DNA of 64,000 bases, taken from positions 21,266,001 through 21,330,000 of the forward strand of contig NC_082731.1 in NCBI RefSeq assembly GCF_030144855.1. Reading direction: 5' to 3'. Source of the stretch: Hypanus sabinus (lineage: Eukaryota). The notes beneath the pieces were generated by a model. That model made no database searches. It was given only the letters and a program-made list of their open reading frames with translations, and was not told the origin of the DNA. This document shows positions 1 to 14,506 of the stretch, in pieces (position 1 is the stretch's first letter; each line of letters starts with the position of its first letter). The translations under genes and the position numbers were made by a program.

Positions 1-719
1 GCGAGATCGATGGTGGAATAATTGCAAATTAGTGATCTCCAACGTGCACTTTCAAATCTTCCTTGAAATAGTCTCTTTGAATTTTCATTACACAACCTTA
101 TATTCGGATTAAGATTAATCAATTTCAGTCATTTAATTGCAAATGCTTTACTGTCTCATATTTTGCATTGTGGGTTTGTAACTGGGTGATACATTATACA
201 GCATCCGCACAAAAGTGATTTCCCAGTTTGCCGGGTCCAGAGGCTGTATTCCTCTAGACGATCATGAGCTGGCCGATCCGGAGGATTACACTCGGAAGAC
301 GACAACGTTAATCTTATTGATTTTGGTGTTCTGCTTTTCCGGATTTACAGATATGCAAGACCTGGGGTTTGAGCCAGAGGCGTTTTGAAGATGTTTTGCA
401 ACAAATGAATGCAAAAGCAATGGGAACACCACCGCTCACGATCGACTTTGCCGTCCATACCCTGCCATCAGGGGAGCACATGAGGAAGCAACGAGGTAAC
501 ACATGCTGGCGTGAGCTCTCCAAGTGTGTCTTTATACTTTGCTTTTTATATCTATAATTCTATATACTTTTTTGCTATGTTATTGTTAAAACCGTATTCC
601 TATAATCTCTAAAACAATTCTCACTTGCTAGTCGTGCGTGGCAAAGGTATAATTTTAAAAGTAAGAAGGATAGTTTATCGTCAACTGAAGGAACAACCAG
701 ACCCTCGTGTTTTTTTTTA

Positions 720-3700
720 ATGATGGCTGCCGACGCTGGAAAGCGGGGAAGCTTTCCCTCGAAACAGCCATGACGGCTATTCGGGTAAGCAGAGTAGAAC
801 TATCAACCCAAATCGACACTAGCATGATTAAAATCCAATCCTCCCTAAGTAAAATAGCATCTACGTTATCAAAACTAGCTAAGCAAGTTAAGGAAATGGC
901 AGGGCGTGTATCTGTCAACGAAGACAACATGATAGAAGTCACCACGCACATCGAGAAATTGGAGAAATAGATGAAATTGTTCAAAGACAAGGTGGACGAA
1001 CTTGAAAACGGGTGTAGGCCGAAGTATATACAGATACTGAAACTCCCTGAGAAAGCTGAAGGTCACGACGCAGCTGGAGTTTTGGAACGAAACTTTTGGT
1101 GTCGGAAACTTTCCTATCCCAATCACCTGCAATAGACCCCACCGCCTGGGAATATTCCCCAGCCGTGATGACGACTCACGGAGACCGAGACCTATAATCG
1201 CAAAGCTCCTCAATTTTAATAAGGAGAAGTTTATGCGCCTGACCAATCAAAAAGTAGTGATCCTCTATAAAAATAATAGGATTTACATATTTCCTGACTA
1301 TAGTTCGAGATTGCAAGGCCTTAAGGACACCTTCAAAGAGGTGAAGAAGACCCTACGGGACAGGGACATTGAATATTCCCTGCACTGTCCAGCTAAACTT
1401 CAGAATATGCATGATGGGATCACCAAGTGGTTTGTTACTCCTGATGCAGTAACGGAAGTTTTGAAAGTTATCGACATTAATGACTGATAGTCCCCTGGTT
1501 CCATGCACAAACGACAGCTTAGTGTGATGCTGAAGCACTCAATACATTGAGCGACTTTTAGTTAAATTATTATTGAATGTACTGCTGTGACTGATATGAA
1601 TACACGAGTAAGTTTTGCATGTGGATACATTCCCACCTGGCTCTTGTGGAAAGCGTGACTCCCTAATTTTTTATGACGTTTCGTCTCACAATTATGCCTT
1701 CAGGTATTTTTGATTTGCGGTGTTTCTTTTACGAAACAGTTTTATATACTGTAGTCTGCTTTCTGTTCAAGTCGCTTTGCCACGTTTTATGTCCATGCTT
1801 GCACGTCTCGGTTGTTCCCGTTTGAGGCTGCCGTACCTTGCATTCTTAATTATCGCGTTTGACGCTCTCTGTCTTTTTCTGTAACTGTTGAGAACCCTTG
1901 TACTTTTGCAGAATGTAGCCGACTCTCCGGCAGTGTTTTGCCTAGCGGGCGTCAATTAATGGGTATCATACGGGGATATGGGATGGTTCTGTTTCCTAAT
2001 TACTCTTATTCTTACAGTTCTTGCACTGTCTTTATGCTCTGAGGTATCTATTTGTTTTATTCTTGAAGGCATGATTAGTCAACTTAAAATAATCTCCTTG
2101 AAAGTAAGGGGGATCAGTTCTCCAATTGAGAGGAAAAAATAATCTTATACATATAAAGAGACATTCCACTGATACAGCGTTTATACAAGAGACTAAACTT
2201 TCTGATACAGAACATATGAAGTTGGGTTGGACATGTTTACTATTCTTCATTTACAAAAAAAAACAAGGTGAGTAGCTATAGTCGTCAATAAAATCGTGAG
2301 GTTTAAATTAATATCAATAGAAAAAGACAAGGACGGCAGGAGTCTTTTAGTTAATTGTGAACTAAATATGAACAGGGTCACATTGATTAAGGTACATGCC
2401 CCAACCATGACGATACCGCTTTTTCAATTGATTTGGCTTAAAACTTGCGACAGTTTTGGACCGCTGTCTGGTTGATCGTAACTTCAATTTGTACTTAGAC
2501 CCAGCTATGGATCGATCCACACCAAGATCCCTTAATCGTTCAAGGGCAGCGTCAGTCCTGGATGGCGGCCGACCCTGGAAAAGGGGGAAGCTCTCCCTCG
2601 AAACAGTCATGTCGGCTCTTCGGGTAAGCAAAATAGAACTATCCAAACAAATCGACGCTAAAATGATAAACATCCAATCCTCCCTAATTGAAATAGAATC
2701 GACGTTATCTACACTAGCTAACCAAGTTAAGGAAATGGAAGGGCGTGTATCTGCCAACGAAGACAACATAATAGAAGTCACGACGCACATCGAGAAATTG
2801 AAGAAATAGATGAAATTGTTCAAAGACAAGTTGAACGATCTTGAAAACGGTGTTAGGCCGAACTATATACGGATACTGAAACTCCCTGAGAAAGCTGAAG
2901 GTCACGACGCAGCTGGAGTTTTGGAACGAAACTTTTGGTGTCGAAAATTTTCCTATCGCCATCACCTTCAAGAGTCCTCACCGCCTGGGAATATTCCCCA
3001 GCGGTGGTGAAGACTCACGGAGACCGAGACCTATAATCGCAAAGCTCTTCAATTTTAAGAATAAGGAAAAGTTTATGCGCCTGGCCAGTCAAAAAGGAGT
3101 GATTCACTATAAAAATAATGGGATTTACATATTTCCCGACTGTAGTCCGAGATTTCAACGCCTTAAGGGCTCCTTCAAAGTGGTGGAGAAGACCCTATGG
3201 GAAAAGGACATTAATTATTATAGGGACTTAATTATTATAGGGGCTTAAATATTGTAGGGACATTAATTATTATAGGGACTATTCCTTTTCAAATGTCCAC
3301 GGCTCCTATTCTAGAATTGATATGTTTTTAATATTCCAAAGTATGGCATCCAGGGTTATTGAATGCTAATACCTCCCAGCATTACTCTTTGACATAATCC
3401 AATAAAGATGACTTCGAGAATGGATATCACACAGTCAGCAACTTATATCTGGACACTTAAAACATATATGCTTAATGATCCGGAATTTCTCAGATTTATG
3501 TACTGCTGCATTGATTTATTTATGGAAACTCATTCAAATTCTTCTTCCTACGGTAACATATGGGCTTTAAAAACATACATGAGAAGGCACGTCCTTTCAT
3601 ATAGCACACATAAGGTAAGAGAAAAATAAAAGGAAAGCTCCCGTATCTCAACAGGAAGAGATTAGAAATCTTGAACATGCTTTCACTAAAGTGAAGAAAC

Positions 3701-4620
3701 GCTGAAAACCCTGACTTCAAATACGGATTTAATGCAATAATTTATGTAGTCGTTATGCTGAGGCAGATATCGCCGGAACAAACTATCATTATTACGAATT
3801 CGGAAACAAAACTCTTACGTTAATTGCCTGACAAATAAAACAAGGAACAGACTGATAGATTTATCCAATGTGTTGTTACGGATGATGGCAAATCTCTCAT
3901 TGATCTACAGGACTTATGAAACTCAGAAAATTCAGAAAAAATTAATGAAACTCTGTATAATACAGATCATGATATAGAAAATAACAAAACAACAAGTTTC
4001 TTCAAATTATTAAGTCTGCCTAAGTTAAATCATAATGAACAAAATTGTGGTGACTCTGAAATATCTGAAGAAGAGTTTCTTGGCTCTATGAAGTCTCTAC
4101 TGAAGAATTAAACTCCGGGGCCAGATTGCTTTCCAACTGAATGCTTTAAAGCCTTTTCCGATATCTATTTCGCCCCTTTAACAAATATGTTTAAGGAGGC
4201 GCTGATTAATAGCCTTCCGCCTAGTTCTCTGGAAATGGCTACAATATTATTACTGCCAAAACCGGCGAAAGACCGTCAAACATGTACTTCTTAAGGGCCC
4301 CTTTGCCTTTTGAAATGAGATTACAAAATTTTATCAAAATTAATTGCATTAGCAATAGATGGCATTATTCCTAAAACCATCAATGATGATCAGACGTGCT
4401 TTTTTTTGAAAAATCGATATGAATCTAATAAAGTACGGAAAATTTTTCACATAATGGCAGAGGCTATTATGCAAAAAGTTCCAATGTTGATAATGTCGAT
4501 GGATGCAGAGAAGGCGTTCTGAAAGATAGCTTTGCCAATTTACAACAATTGTTTAGAATACTTAATCTACCAAATCATGATTTATTTAAATATTCTAGTT
4601 TAGACACTGGGTACGTAACA
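720..4620 (+). mobile_element. Degraded L1-clade LINE: ORF1 (~730-1487), ORF2 endonuclease start (~2070-2560), second ORF1 copy (~2560-3210), rest of ORF2 to RT (~3285-4620)
   Basis: ORF1-like coiled coil and 'LENG.R...IRILKLPE' linker in ORFs 707..970, 1233..1487 and 2456..3010. ORF2 start 'MISQLKIISLKVRGISSPIERKK' at 2070, 'HGSYSRID' near 3297 and 'SMDAEKAF' near 4495. Many stops and frameshifts. Confidence 0.8.
3205..3278. repeat. Short imperfect tandem repeat, ~18-bp unit GGGAC(A/T)TTAATTATTATA, about 4 copies
   Basis: Read directly from the sequence, at the 3' junction of the second ORF1 copy. Confidence 0.8.
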
Positions 4621-4859
4621 TTTATACAGGCTTTCTTTCTTTTTACAATATTTTTCTTCAGAAGAAGAAAAAAAAACAAGATTTACAGAGTGCAACGCAT
4701 AGAAACATCTCAACATAAAGTGTGTACATTCATTTATTGTAATAAAATTGAAAAAAATGTTATAGCATATCGCATCAAGATATACCTCTGCGTAATCAAA
4801 TTTTAAAGATAGGTCATACATCATAAAATATTTTTATATGTAAGAAAGTCAACCCCTTA

Positions 4860-7760
4860 CCAACTACCAAAGAAAAATTGATGGATGATAATGGATAATT
4901 AGAAAAAAAACATATTCGCTTAAGAAGAGAAGATAAAAATATACATAAAAATCTGTGCGCTGCTAAGCTTTGTAAATTCGAAAGTAATTTAGGAAAGGTC
5001 CCCAGATATAAAAAGATGGTTTCGAATTTAAACTGAGCAGCAGATATACTCTAAATTTAAATAAGACATAATATCACGTAGCCATTGAAGATGTGCAGGA
5101 GGGGTAGACTCCTTCCATTTAAGCAAGTTTGCTCTTCTTGCTAAAAGAGTGGTAAAATTTAAAAAGCTGTAGGTTAGGAGTATTTAAAGTTATATCTTCA
5201 TTTTCAATAATACGAAACGAGGCGGTAAGGGGTTTTGGGTCAAATTGGACCCTAAAACGTTGTGAGAAGGTATGGAATACTTCCCACCAAAACTTTTCAA
5301 CTTTAGTGCAAAATCAATATATATGAATTAAAGAGGCATCAGTAGAGTTGCATATATTACAAAGTGGAGAAATGTTCGGATAAAAACTGGACAGCTTCTG
5401 TTTAGATAAGTAAGATCTATGATCCACTTTAAATCGTAGAAGAGTATGTCGAGCACAGAAAGATGATTTATTAACCTGTTTAAGAATGTTATTCCATATT
5501 TCATCAGAAATCTGACAATTTAGGCCATCCTCCCAATCTTTCTTTTTATATAAAAAGTCTTGTCTAGAATCAATTAACAATACCGGTAATACACCATTAA
5601 CAAAAGGTTTAAAATTTAAAAGATCGTCCAATAAATTTTTATCAGGACCTATACGAAAAGCAGTTAATTGGAAACTTAAGAAATCTTTAATTTGAAGGTA
5701 CCTGTAAAAATGTATTTTTGGGAGCGAAAATTTAGTTGACAATTGGTCAAATGAAGAAAGAGATGCTGAGATAAACAGGTCCCAAAAACACTTAATAACT
5801 AGTTCATCCCAATCCTTAAAGCCTTTGTCAGTCATGGAAGGGATAAAAATAATTAAGGGGAATGGGAGATGATGATGAAAGATTCGCTAAACCAAGAAAA
5901 TTTCTAAATTGGGACCAAATCCTTAAACTTTGCTTAACAATTATATTATCTTTCGCTTTATTTGCTGAAAAGAATATTATGATCCAAGAAGAGAGACAAT
6001 AGAATATTTTTTTACAGAATCAGAATCAGACTTTAATCGCCAAGTACCTGTACACATTCAAGGAATTTACTTCCGGCAGATTTTGTCTCTCTGCTCATAG
6101 CAGGTGATAAATATAAATGAAAATATAGATTATGCATACAAGTAGTGCAATCCAAGTAATAGTTAGCCGACAGTTAACCGGCAGTTAACTGTTCAGCAAA
6201 GTGACCGCAGTAGGGAAAGGAAGTTCTCCAGTGCCTATTAGTCTTAGTCAGGAGGGATCAGAAGCGCCCACCAGACGGAAGCAATGCAAACAGTCGGTGC
6301 GCAGGATGGGAGGAGTCCTTTATGATGTTCCCCGCACTCTTCTTCAACCTGGAAGAGTACAGGGCCACAATAGAGGGCAGGGAGGCTCCAATGATGCGCT
6401 CGGCAATCCTCACTGTGCGCTGTAGTCTGGTTCTATCCTGCTTGGTGTCGGCTCCTAACCACACAGTGATGGAGGTGCACAGGACAGACTCAATGACTGC
6501 AGTATAGAACTGCAGCAGCAATTCCAGAGGCAGACCATATTTCTTCAAGAGCGGCAGGAAGTACATCCGCTGCTGGGCCTTCTTCAGGATAGAGCTGATG
6601 TTCTGCTCCCACTTCAGATCCTGAGAGATGGTGGTTGTCAGGAACCTGAAGTTCTCCACGGTGGACACAGGGCTGCCGAGGACTGTGAGGGGGGACATAA
6701 CAGAATTAACTTCTAAGGAAACCCATGATGGGCAATCTTTACGATACATATAATAGGACCAAAAAGTGATATTCCTTATATTGGCAGCCCAATAGTAAAA
6801 CCTAAAATTGGGTAGAGCTAATCCACCCATTTCTTTATTTATTTGTAGGTAAACTTTACTGAAGCGAGCTTGTTTGTTATTCCAAATATACGATTTTTTA
6901 TATGTGGAAGTTATAAGTTTGAATATAATTGGAAGCAAATTTCTATCTATAAAAAACTAGTCAATGCGAGAGTACATATGACGAACCTGCGAGAAATACG
7001 TATATTCCTTTTCTTTGTGGTGCAAAGAACGCCACACGTCGAAAATACCACATTGAAATAGAAACGATTTAAAAGTAGGACTGATTTATTAGTGGCAGGC
7101 GTTTTAAATGAAGAGCAGACTAATATAAGGTCAAGCCAAAAATTAAAATCTCCACCCATCGCTTAGGAATACTGATTCAAGTCAGGCAGTAAAAGAGAAA
7201 AGACGTTCACAGAACAAGGAGTCATCTGTATTTGGAGCTTATACATTTGCAAATACCATTAGTATATTCTCAAGGCTACCCGAAACAATAACAAAGCGGC
7301 CATTTGTATCAGAGATTATATAATGTTGAATAAAGGATACATTCTGATCAAACAGGATAATGGCGCCTCTCGATATACACTGACAGAGTGAGTGAAAATG
7401 TATTCCCTTCCATCCTCTGAAAGAACGTGAAATATCATCTTTACGAATATAGGTTTCATGAAGAAAGATTATACGAGTTTTATGTTTACCGGCTACAAGT
7501 GAAAATCTTACTTCGTTCAACAGGATTATTTAGACCTTTCACATTAAAACTGAGTATATTAATAAAAGAACCCATCAAGTATCCTTTAGTAATGTAAAAA
7601 AAAGTAATCATACACACGTAGATAGCGAATAAATAAAAAGGTAAAAACATCCAATCAGTTTTCTGGAAGAACCCATTTCCACTCCCCCCCTCACCCCAAA
7701 GAGAGAAATTAGCCAAGGGAGGCTGAAGACTAAGACTAACGTTGCCAACCCAAAATTCCG
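4860..7760 (-). mobile_element. Degraded L1-clade LINE ORF2 (endonuclease to C-terminal zinc knuckle), interrupted by a Rex1/Babar fragment
   Basis: 'ILSFNVKGLNNPVERSKIF' (7486..7836), 'IIFLHETY...DTNGRFVIVSG' (7239..7520), 'GGLALPNFRFYYWAA' (6258..6938), 'PLCNICNSTDASLIH' (5314..5835). Confidence 0.85.
6015..6678 (-). mobile_element. Rex1/Babar-type LINE 3' fragment with (TCTGAT)n tail
   Basis: 'FRFLTTTISQDLKW...KKAQQRMYFL...FYTAVIESVL...IIKDSSHPAHRLFALLPSG'; the tail reads AGAATCAGAATCAGA on the + strand. Confidence 0.85.
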
Positions 7761-8599
7761 GTGGCTCCAGAAAATATATATGCATAGCTGTGCTGACTAA
7801 ACGATTGCGTATATATATACACACACACACAAACAAAATATCAAAGTAAATAAGTTCGCTATTTTCGGGAGAAAAAGCTTGGAAAATATAAGTTTAGTCT
7901 GGATAAAAAGGAAAGACAATAAAATCAAATATTAGTAGAAGACAACATCTGCTTGCGGATGCAAAAAAAGGAGTAAGGAAACAAATAGAAAATAATTAGA
8001 AAGGGAAACGGTTTAGATAGCTTCCTGGAAAAAAATAAATCGTAAATTGGTAAAATAATGAAAGAAGAACAAACACCGGCGATAAAAAATATAGAATATT
8101 GTATACTATTGAAAAAGCAGTAAAAGACCGAAAGGTATATAAATAATCAAAATGTAGGAAAAATCAGAGTGAATTAAATTAAAGCAAAATACCCTTTAGC
8201 TTCATTCCTCAGTTATTACTACATGTACACCCTACATAATTACTTTCAGTCAAATTACTAAAAGGAAGGTAAAAATCAACATAACATTGAAAAAAATATA
8301 ACGCGTTGTTTATCAAGAGCTGCGAAAAAGTAACACCCGTGTATAGGCGCAAAACAGAAAAGAGAAAATGGATGCGGACTGCCTGCATATTTTGCATGGT
8401 TTGAAAGATAACAAGGCGCCAATTACTGAATCTAACAATTGATTAAGGCTTCGTAAACCAAGAAACTTCGGTATCAACAAAACGCCAATTACTTGATTGA
8501 ACACATGAAATTAAAACATTTGGCTTCATAAACCAAAAAAAAAAATCCTTTTTATCAGAAGCCGTGACCTTGAGTTTACAGGGATCTCTGATTGAAAGG

Positions 8600-9620
8600 C
8601 GTCAGCCAAGCTTAAAAAGACCATTATACACCATATCCAAAAATTCCAATAAAATCCACGTTTGAATAATACTTGCTTATTGAAGCCTTGTAAACTACAA
8701 ATCTTCTTACGCCATCAATGTATGTTATTTTAAACGGGAACTTGCCAATATATACTAAATGAGATATTACAAATAAGTGGGAATCAGATCTTGAATGAAA
8801 TTACAATGATGCTGATTGGCGTAATATCCATCAAATTTATCAAACTGTATTAATTTCAACTGAACATAGACAAATACAGTTGAATATTTTAACAGGACCT
8901 ACTACATTCCACATAGACTGCACACAATATATCATAACGCCCCTGCTTATTGTCAGAGATGTAAATCTTGTGATGGAGACTTACTTCATATGCTTTGGAA
9001 TTGCTCTTATCTGGAAGACTGTTGAAATACATTGTTAGAATAACCACATGTATTATGAAAACCGAAATTTCATTTGATCCTACGGTCTGGATTTTGGGAG
9101 ATCTCCATGTTCTTAATGTGAACTACAATATAAAATACTTTATATTGCTTGCAGCTACAGCCGGGAAAAAAGTGGACACTACAAAACATAGAAATATAAA
9201 TTTCCTCCCTCACACAGGCAGTGGTTAAATGAGTTAACATCCTGTAGTAAACCTGAAAACATCTTGTATAATGCGGAGGGGGAAGCAGCAACATATGAAC
9301 AAATATGGGGCTCCTTTTTGGCCTTGTTGCCATCATTACACCTCTTCGGACACTGAATCAGAACAGAAACTTCTCTTCACGTGCTCCTGCTATTTGCTTC
9401 GTGTAGTAATATATAATTTATTTGTACATATTAAGACTCTATACCTTAATTGATGGAATTTTATTGTTGCTATATTTCAATTGTGAACGAGGAAGAATTT
9501 TTTACCATACCACGGCTGTGGGTGGGGGGGGGGGTAGGTGGGAGGGAGTACTTCGTCCGGTTTATGTTTGGTTTTTATGTATATCTGTTTATGAAAATAA
9601 GTTTTTTTTTGTTTCAATAA
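8600..9620 (+). mobile_element. L1-clade LINE 3' fragment
   Basis: Zinc-knuckle-like 'QRCKSCDGDLLHML(W)NC' near 8955-9005, followed by an AT-rich 3' UTR-like stretch. Confidence 0.6.
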
Positions 9621-9924
9621 AATATCTATTAAACATAAACAATGGGAACACCGCCGCTCACGTCGACCACGCCGTCTGTATCTCTTCCACCACCCACGTT
9701 GCGACAGTCGACACACCTTTAGGAGAAATGATAATAGGAGATTAGTAGATATTAATTCTGATGGCAATCACGTTGAAATGCAACGATGCTAAATTGCTCT
9801 CATGTTCTTTTAATATTGGAAACGCGCTCTTCAAGATCTTTGATGGGGCCACGGAGAGAGGGAGGATTTTATTGGAAATCTTGGGAGGATAAAAGATGGA
9901 GGGTTGTATGTCGTATTTTAGTTT

Positions 9925-10080
9925 NNNNNNNNNNNNNNNNNNNNNNNNNNNNNNNNNNNNNNNNNNNNNNNNNNNNNNNNNNNNNNNNNNNNNNNNNNNN
10001 NNNNNNNNNNNNNNNNNNNNNNNNNNNNNNNNNNNNNNNNNNNNNNNNNNNNNNNNNNNNNNNNNNNNNNNNNNNNNNNN
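9925..10080. other. Assembly gap (N run)
   Basis: Run of N. Confidence 1.
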
Positions 10081-12149
10081 AAAGGAAAGGAACGCAAATC
10101 TGTGGAAATGCATATCCTCTTATCAGCAAACCCTCAGTAACAAGAGTTAACAATGCTACTTAAACAGCTGTTGGGTAGAGGTAGGTACAGCTCACAGCAC
10201 CAGGCAAGCAGCAGCAATAATTTCCGAGAAACCACGATTTTCATTGTAACTGTTATTAGATTTCCATCAGGCTGAAATATGGGTGATCATTCGAACTCGA
10301 ATGTACGTTAACTCTACTTCTCCAGAAATGGTACAGGAAGGCGTCATGCTGAAAATATTTACAGAAGTTTGCGTTGAAATTGTGATAAATCGAGAGTATC
10401 GGGATGTTTTGTGGCGATGAGTACCATGATGTGCACGTCAGCATTACCATGCTCAGTCGATTAATCTCCTCTATTACCAAATCTGCTATGCATGTTTCCC
10501 CTAGTCATATTTATGCAAATAACGCCCAGACTGTTACAACAGTTGGAACACTTTTTTTTGAAAATTCGCTGTTTTGAAGGAAATGTATGCAGTCAGACAC
10601 ACATTTTAAAACCATCGGCAAGAGCTCAGAGCTATTAATACTATTCTAAGGTATAATAATAGATTAAAAGATAAGGGTAATGTGCGAATAAAATCTTACA
10701 TTATCTCCCTTTCTCCTCAGTCATTTCGCCCAATGCCTTTCACGCGCACGACATACACAGATATAGCACTCCTTCCAATTCGCAGCCTAATCGGATCACC
10801 TGAAGCTGATCAAACAATCTTCCAAACTTGACATACATCACTACTTACATTGCAGTTATTTAGCGTCGGGTTCAATTTAATTTAACATTGAGAGCTGTGC
10901 CGGAATCACCAATTAAAATGCATTGACTTCACCATCTGCATTTCCGGTTACAATATGTCTGAAGAAACTCCCAGTTACTTCTCAAAAATACAGAAAGACG
11001 GAACAATAAGTGTCACTGACATTTTTGTGTCCGAACCTACCAGGTGCCCTCTGGTGATCGCAACATTCCAGAGATAACGTGACTTCAAGAGTTGTAGGAT
11101 TCGCTTACCAATGGAAGCTCCCGCTCCGGATAAAAAGGCAGCTTTGCCAAATACGAGAAAATACATCTCATGTCCAGAAATATCACTGCTAAATAAATGC
11201 TTGAGGGTTGTTTTGAACGTACTCACCAGCAGATGCTCCAGGAATTTGCCACAACAAGAGCAGACAGGAAAACAGATGAAGACATTTGATCTGTCACAGG
11301 GTACATAGAAGTGTGCACAATCGTTCAGCACATGGACACCATCTCACAGTTCAACCAGAAGCACCGGCTAACGCAGGGGTTTACACCCCACGAGACATCG
11401 GGATTGGTGCCTTCGATTCTAATAGAAGCTGAGTAGCACTTGGCAGAGAGATACTCACACCCCACCCCCGCCCCCAATCTTGCGCACTTTATGAGACAGG
11501 GCACAGAACACATCCCATGTGGAGTACCCAGGGAACATTTAAACTTGTTCACGAACGATTTCAAGGACTTCTTGATTTCTTCAGCATACAGGCTTCCGAT
11601 GAACCATGATAATTCTTGTGAAAATAAAAAATATCCTGTACCTTCAAACTAACCGACTACAGCCTAATGGTTCGTAGGCAAAACGTAAGGAACCACTCAG
11701 TAGTTCTGAAATGGCGCATATCAAGAGTTATCTTAGTACCGCATTGTGCACTTACACAAATGCTTAGCGATAGAACCGCTCTATTGCGGATGCCATAGCA
11801 TTTTGCATCCACCTGTCTATGAATCGAGTATAAAACACGGACACATTTCAGAATGTCGTTTCTTGAATTCAGTGTGATACTCGAAACTGTGGTTCAAAGT
11901 AGCATAGTGAACAAAAGTACACTTCGAGCTACTGGGCATTGTACTTTCTAAACAACAGTTAACAGGTGGTCAGGAAGTAAAAGCCTTCGTGCACCCCACA
12001 ACAATCAAACCCACCACCCCACCCCCAACACTCATTTCATTCTCTACAGGTTTATGAGAATAGTTACTAAGCTCCGGTTAGATATATCTCACAGAAACAG
12101 AAGTTCTCCAATGTTAGCAGCAGTCAAACGTGGATGACAAGTGAAGTTA

Positions 12150-13950
12150 AGGACTGCATGAAAGTCAAGGAGAGCGTATAGAAGTTAATGGGATTGAGGT
12201 TCAATGATTGAGAGGCTTTTAAAATCCAAATAAAATTCAACTAAATAAGGTATGAGTAGGGGAAATATGTAAAATTAAACTAGCGGATGATATAAAGCAG
12301 GATAAATTTTGTTTTATTTTTCAAATTTATGAAGTTGGAAAAGGTGGTGAGTGTTGCTAGTGGACCCATATAAAGGGATGCTTGTATGGTAGTGAAGGGA
12401 GATAAAAACTGACCGATGAGCTTAATATGTACTTTGATTCTGTCTTCACTGTGGAAAACAGTAATAATGTACCAGATGTCTGGGTGTGTCAGGGAGAAGG
12501 AGTGAGAGCCATAGATCTTACAAACGGAAAAACTACAAGGAAAACCCAGAAATGCTTAGATGAAAAATTCCATGGAAAGGATAGACTACATCCTGGAATC
12601 GATAGCGAGATTCCTGAAGAGTTAGTGGATGCGTTCATCGCTATCTTTCAATAACCAATTGATTCCCTGCGGCTAGGATGATTGAAAGTGTCACACCGCA
12701 CTTTCAGAGGGGAGGAAAACAAAATAATGGGCATCATAACAAATCATACCTTTGGGGATTGGGAAAATAAAGATGCGTAGCGATACCTGGAAGCTAATCG
12801 TCAAATAGTTCAAAATCTGCATGGTGTCTCTGAAGGGGAATCTTGCCTGACAAATGCGTAACAGTTCTTTGGGCAAGTAAGAAAAAAGAGTGGGCAAAGA
12901 AAATGGTATTTACTTGGATTTTAAGAAGGCATTCGAAAAGCTGCCACATATCAGGTTGCTTAACAAGATAACATCCTACTCCGTGACCTGAAACATACTG
13001 GGAGAACTAAAGGATTATGAGGCCAACAATTATCAGTCACCGAGTTGGAATAAAGGAGAACTTGTCTGGTTGGTTGGCATTGACTATTGTTTTTCTTCAT
13101 GGCACACAATTGAATCCGCTGCTTTACACATTGGTTGTTTATGATTTGGGAAATGGAATTTATAGTTCTGTGCCAAAGTTTACAGGTGAGAAAAAATGCT
13201 GAAAAGTCGGTAGCGCTGAATGTGCAATACAATTGCAGCAGGAATTTAAAAAAAAATGGAACAATGGACAACATGGCATATGGAATATAGATTTCGAAAA
13301 CAAATGGACATTGTTTACATGGACGGTAGTTCAGACTATTGTTTAAAGTGGCAGAATTTCACAGGTGCAGAGGGAATTAGCAGTCCCCATGCAAGGCTCC
13401 AGGAAGGTTAATTTATATTTTAGGTCTGTGGTAAAGAACGTAAATGCAATGTTGGCATTTGTCTCGAGAAGTATATAATCTAAAACCGAGGAGATATCAT
13501 AACTTCGAGCCTTCATAAGACACGAGTCAGGCCGCACGGAGTAATGTCAGCAATTTTCGGCCCTATATCTCCGACAGGATGCCTTGTGCTTGCAGAGTGT
13601 CCAGTGGACTTATTACAGGAAGGATGTGGCAACCATAGAAAGGGTGAAGAGGAGATTTACAAGGATGTTGCTTGGCAAAGGGATCATGACTCATACGAAT
13701 TAATTCAGTGAAGTCGGCCTTTTCTCCTTGGAGCGATGAAAGATGAGAGGTGGCCTGATAGAGGTGGACAACACAATGAGAGACATTCTTCGTGTGGATA
13801 GTCAGAGGCTTATTCTCAGGGCTGAAATGATTACCACGAGAGGGCATAGTTTTAAGGAGCTTGGAAGAAGTTACAGAGGACATGACAGAGTTATTTTATG
13901 CAGAGCGTGGTGAGTGCGTGGAATTGCCTGCCGGCGGCAGGGACATTTTC
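12150..13950 (+). mobile_element. Highly degraded CR1 LINE (ORF2 3' half)
   Basis: Remnants such as 'YLDFKKAFEKLPH' near 12910 and CR1-type C-terminal 'RRFTRML' / 'RGHSFK' segments. Confidence 0.7.
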
Positions 13951-13999
13951 GGCACAGCTAAAGTCTCTCGTAATCACGACGTCAAAGTTGCTGAAGAAA

Positions 14000-14460
14000 C
14001 AGCATTGATGGGCTCAGAGTCAACAACGTTGGAACGGCCTACAGAGACATGGTGGAAGGGCTTCAGTGATGATGCCAGGAAAATAACCTCTTTCTGATGG
14101 CCAACTGGGCAAAAGCGTTGGCTGCTGACTTCAGGACAAAGCGCTCTGCTCGCAGAACTACGACTTCGTACTGGCGCGCAGCAGTGTAAACGGTGAACGA
14201 TATCCTATTGCTGGGGTGCTTATCTCGCAGAAACAGTTGATGTCCCAGAAAAGAACGGTAACAAAATGGATAGAATAACAACAAATCAAATTTTTGAGGA
14301 TAATTCACAGAGCTGGATTGTGCATATCAGCACTGACGGCGATGTAGTGGTGCACAGCAGAGATCACCGTAATATTCTGCTTCACTGAATTGTACAGAAG
14401 CTGCACTGCGGTGGACAGAAAAGTTCTACACCGAGTATTCAAAACTTTCTAAACATCACC
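14000..14460 (+). mobile_element. Degraded Rex1/Babar-type LINE fragment
   Basis: 'CTAVDRKVLHRV'-like remnant near 14400. Confidence 0.4.
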
Positions 14461-14506
14461 TTCACTTGCATATTTCTAAATGCCAAAAATACATATTTAT
14501 TGAGGG

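Noticed and set aside
6258-6938. 226-aa ORF
   Set aside because: Chance in-frame join of an L1 fragment and an inserted Rex1/Babar fragment; not a gene.
10256-10480. Minus-strand ORF with 'LTC..WY...ILSIY...DAFLYH'
   Set aside because: Spacing is incompatible with a V domain and there is no RSS.
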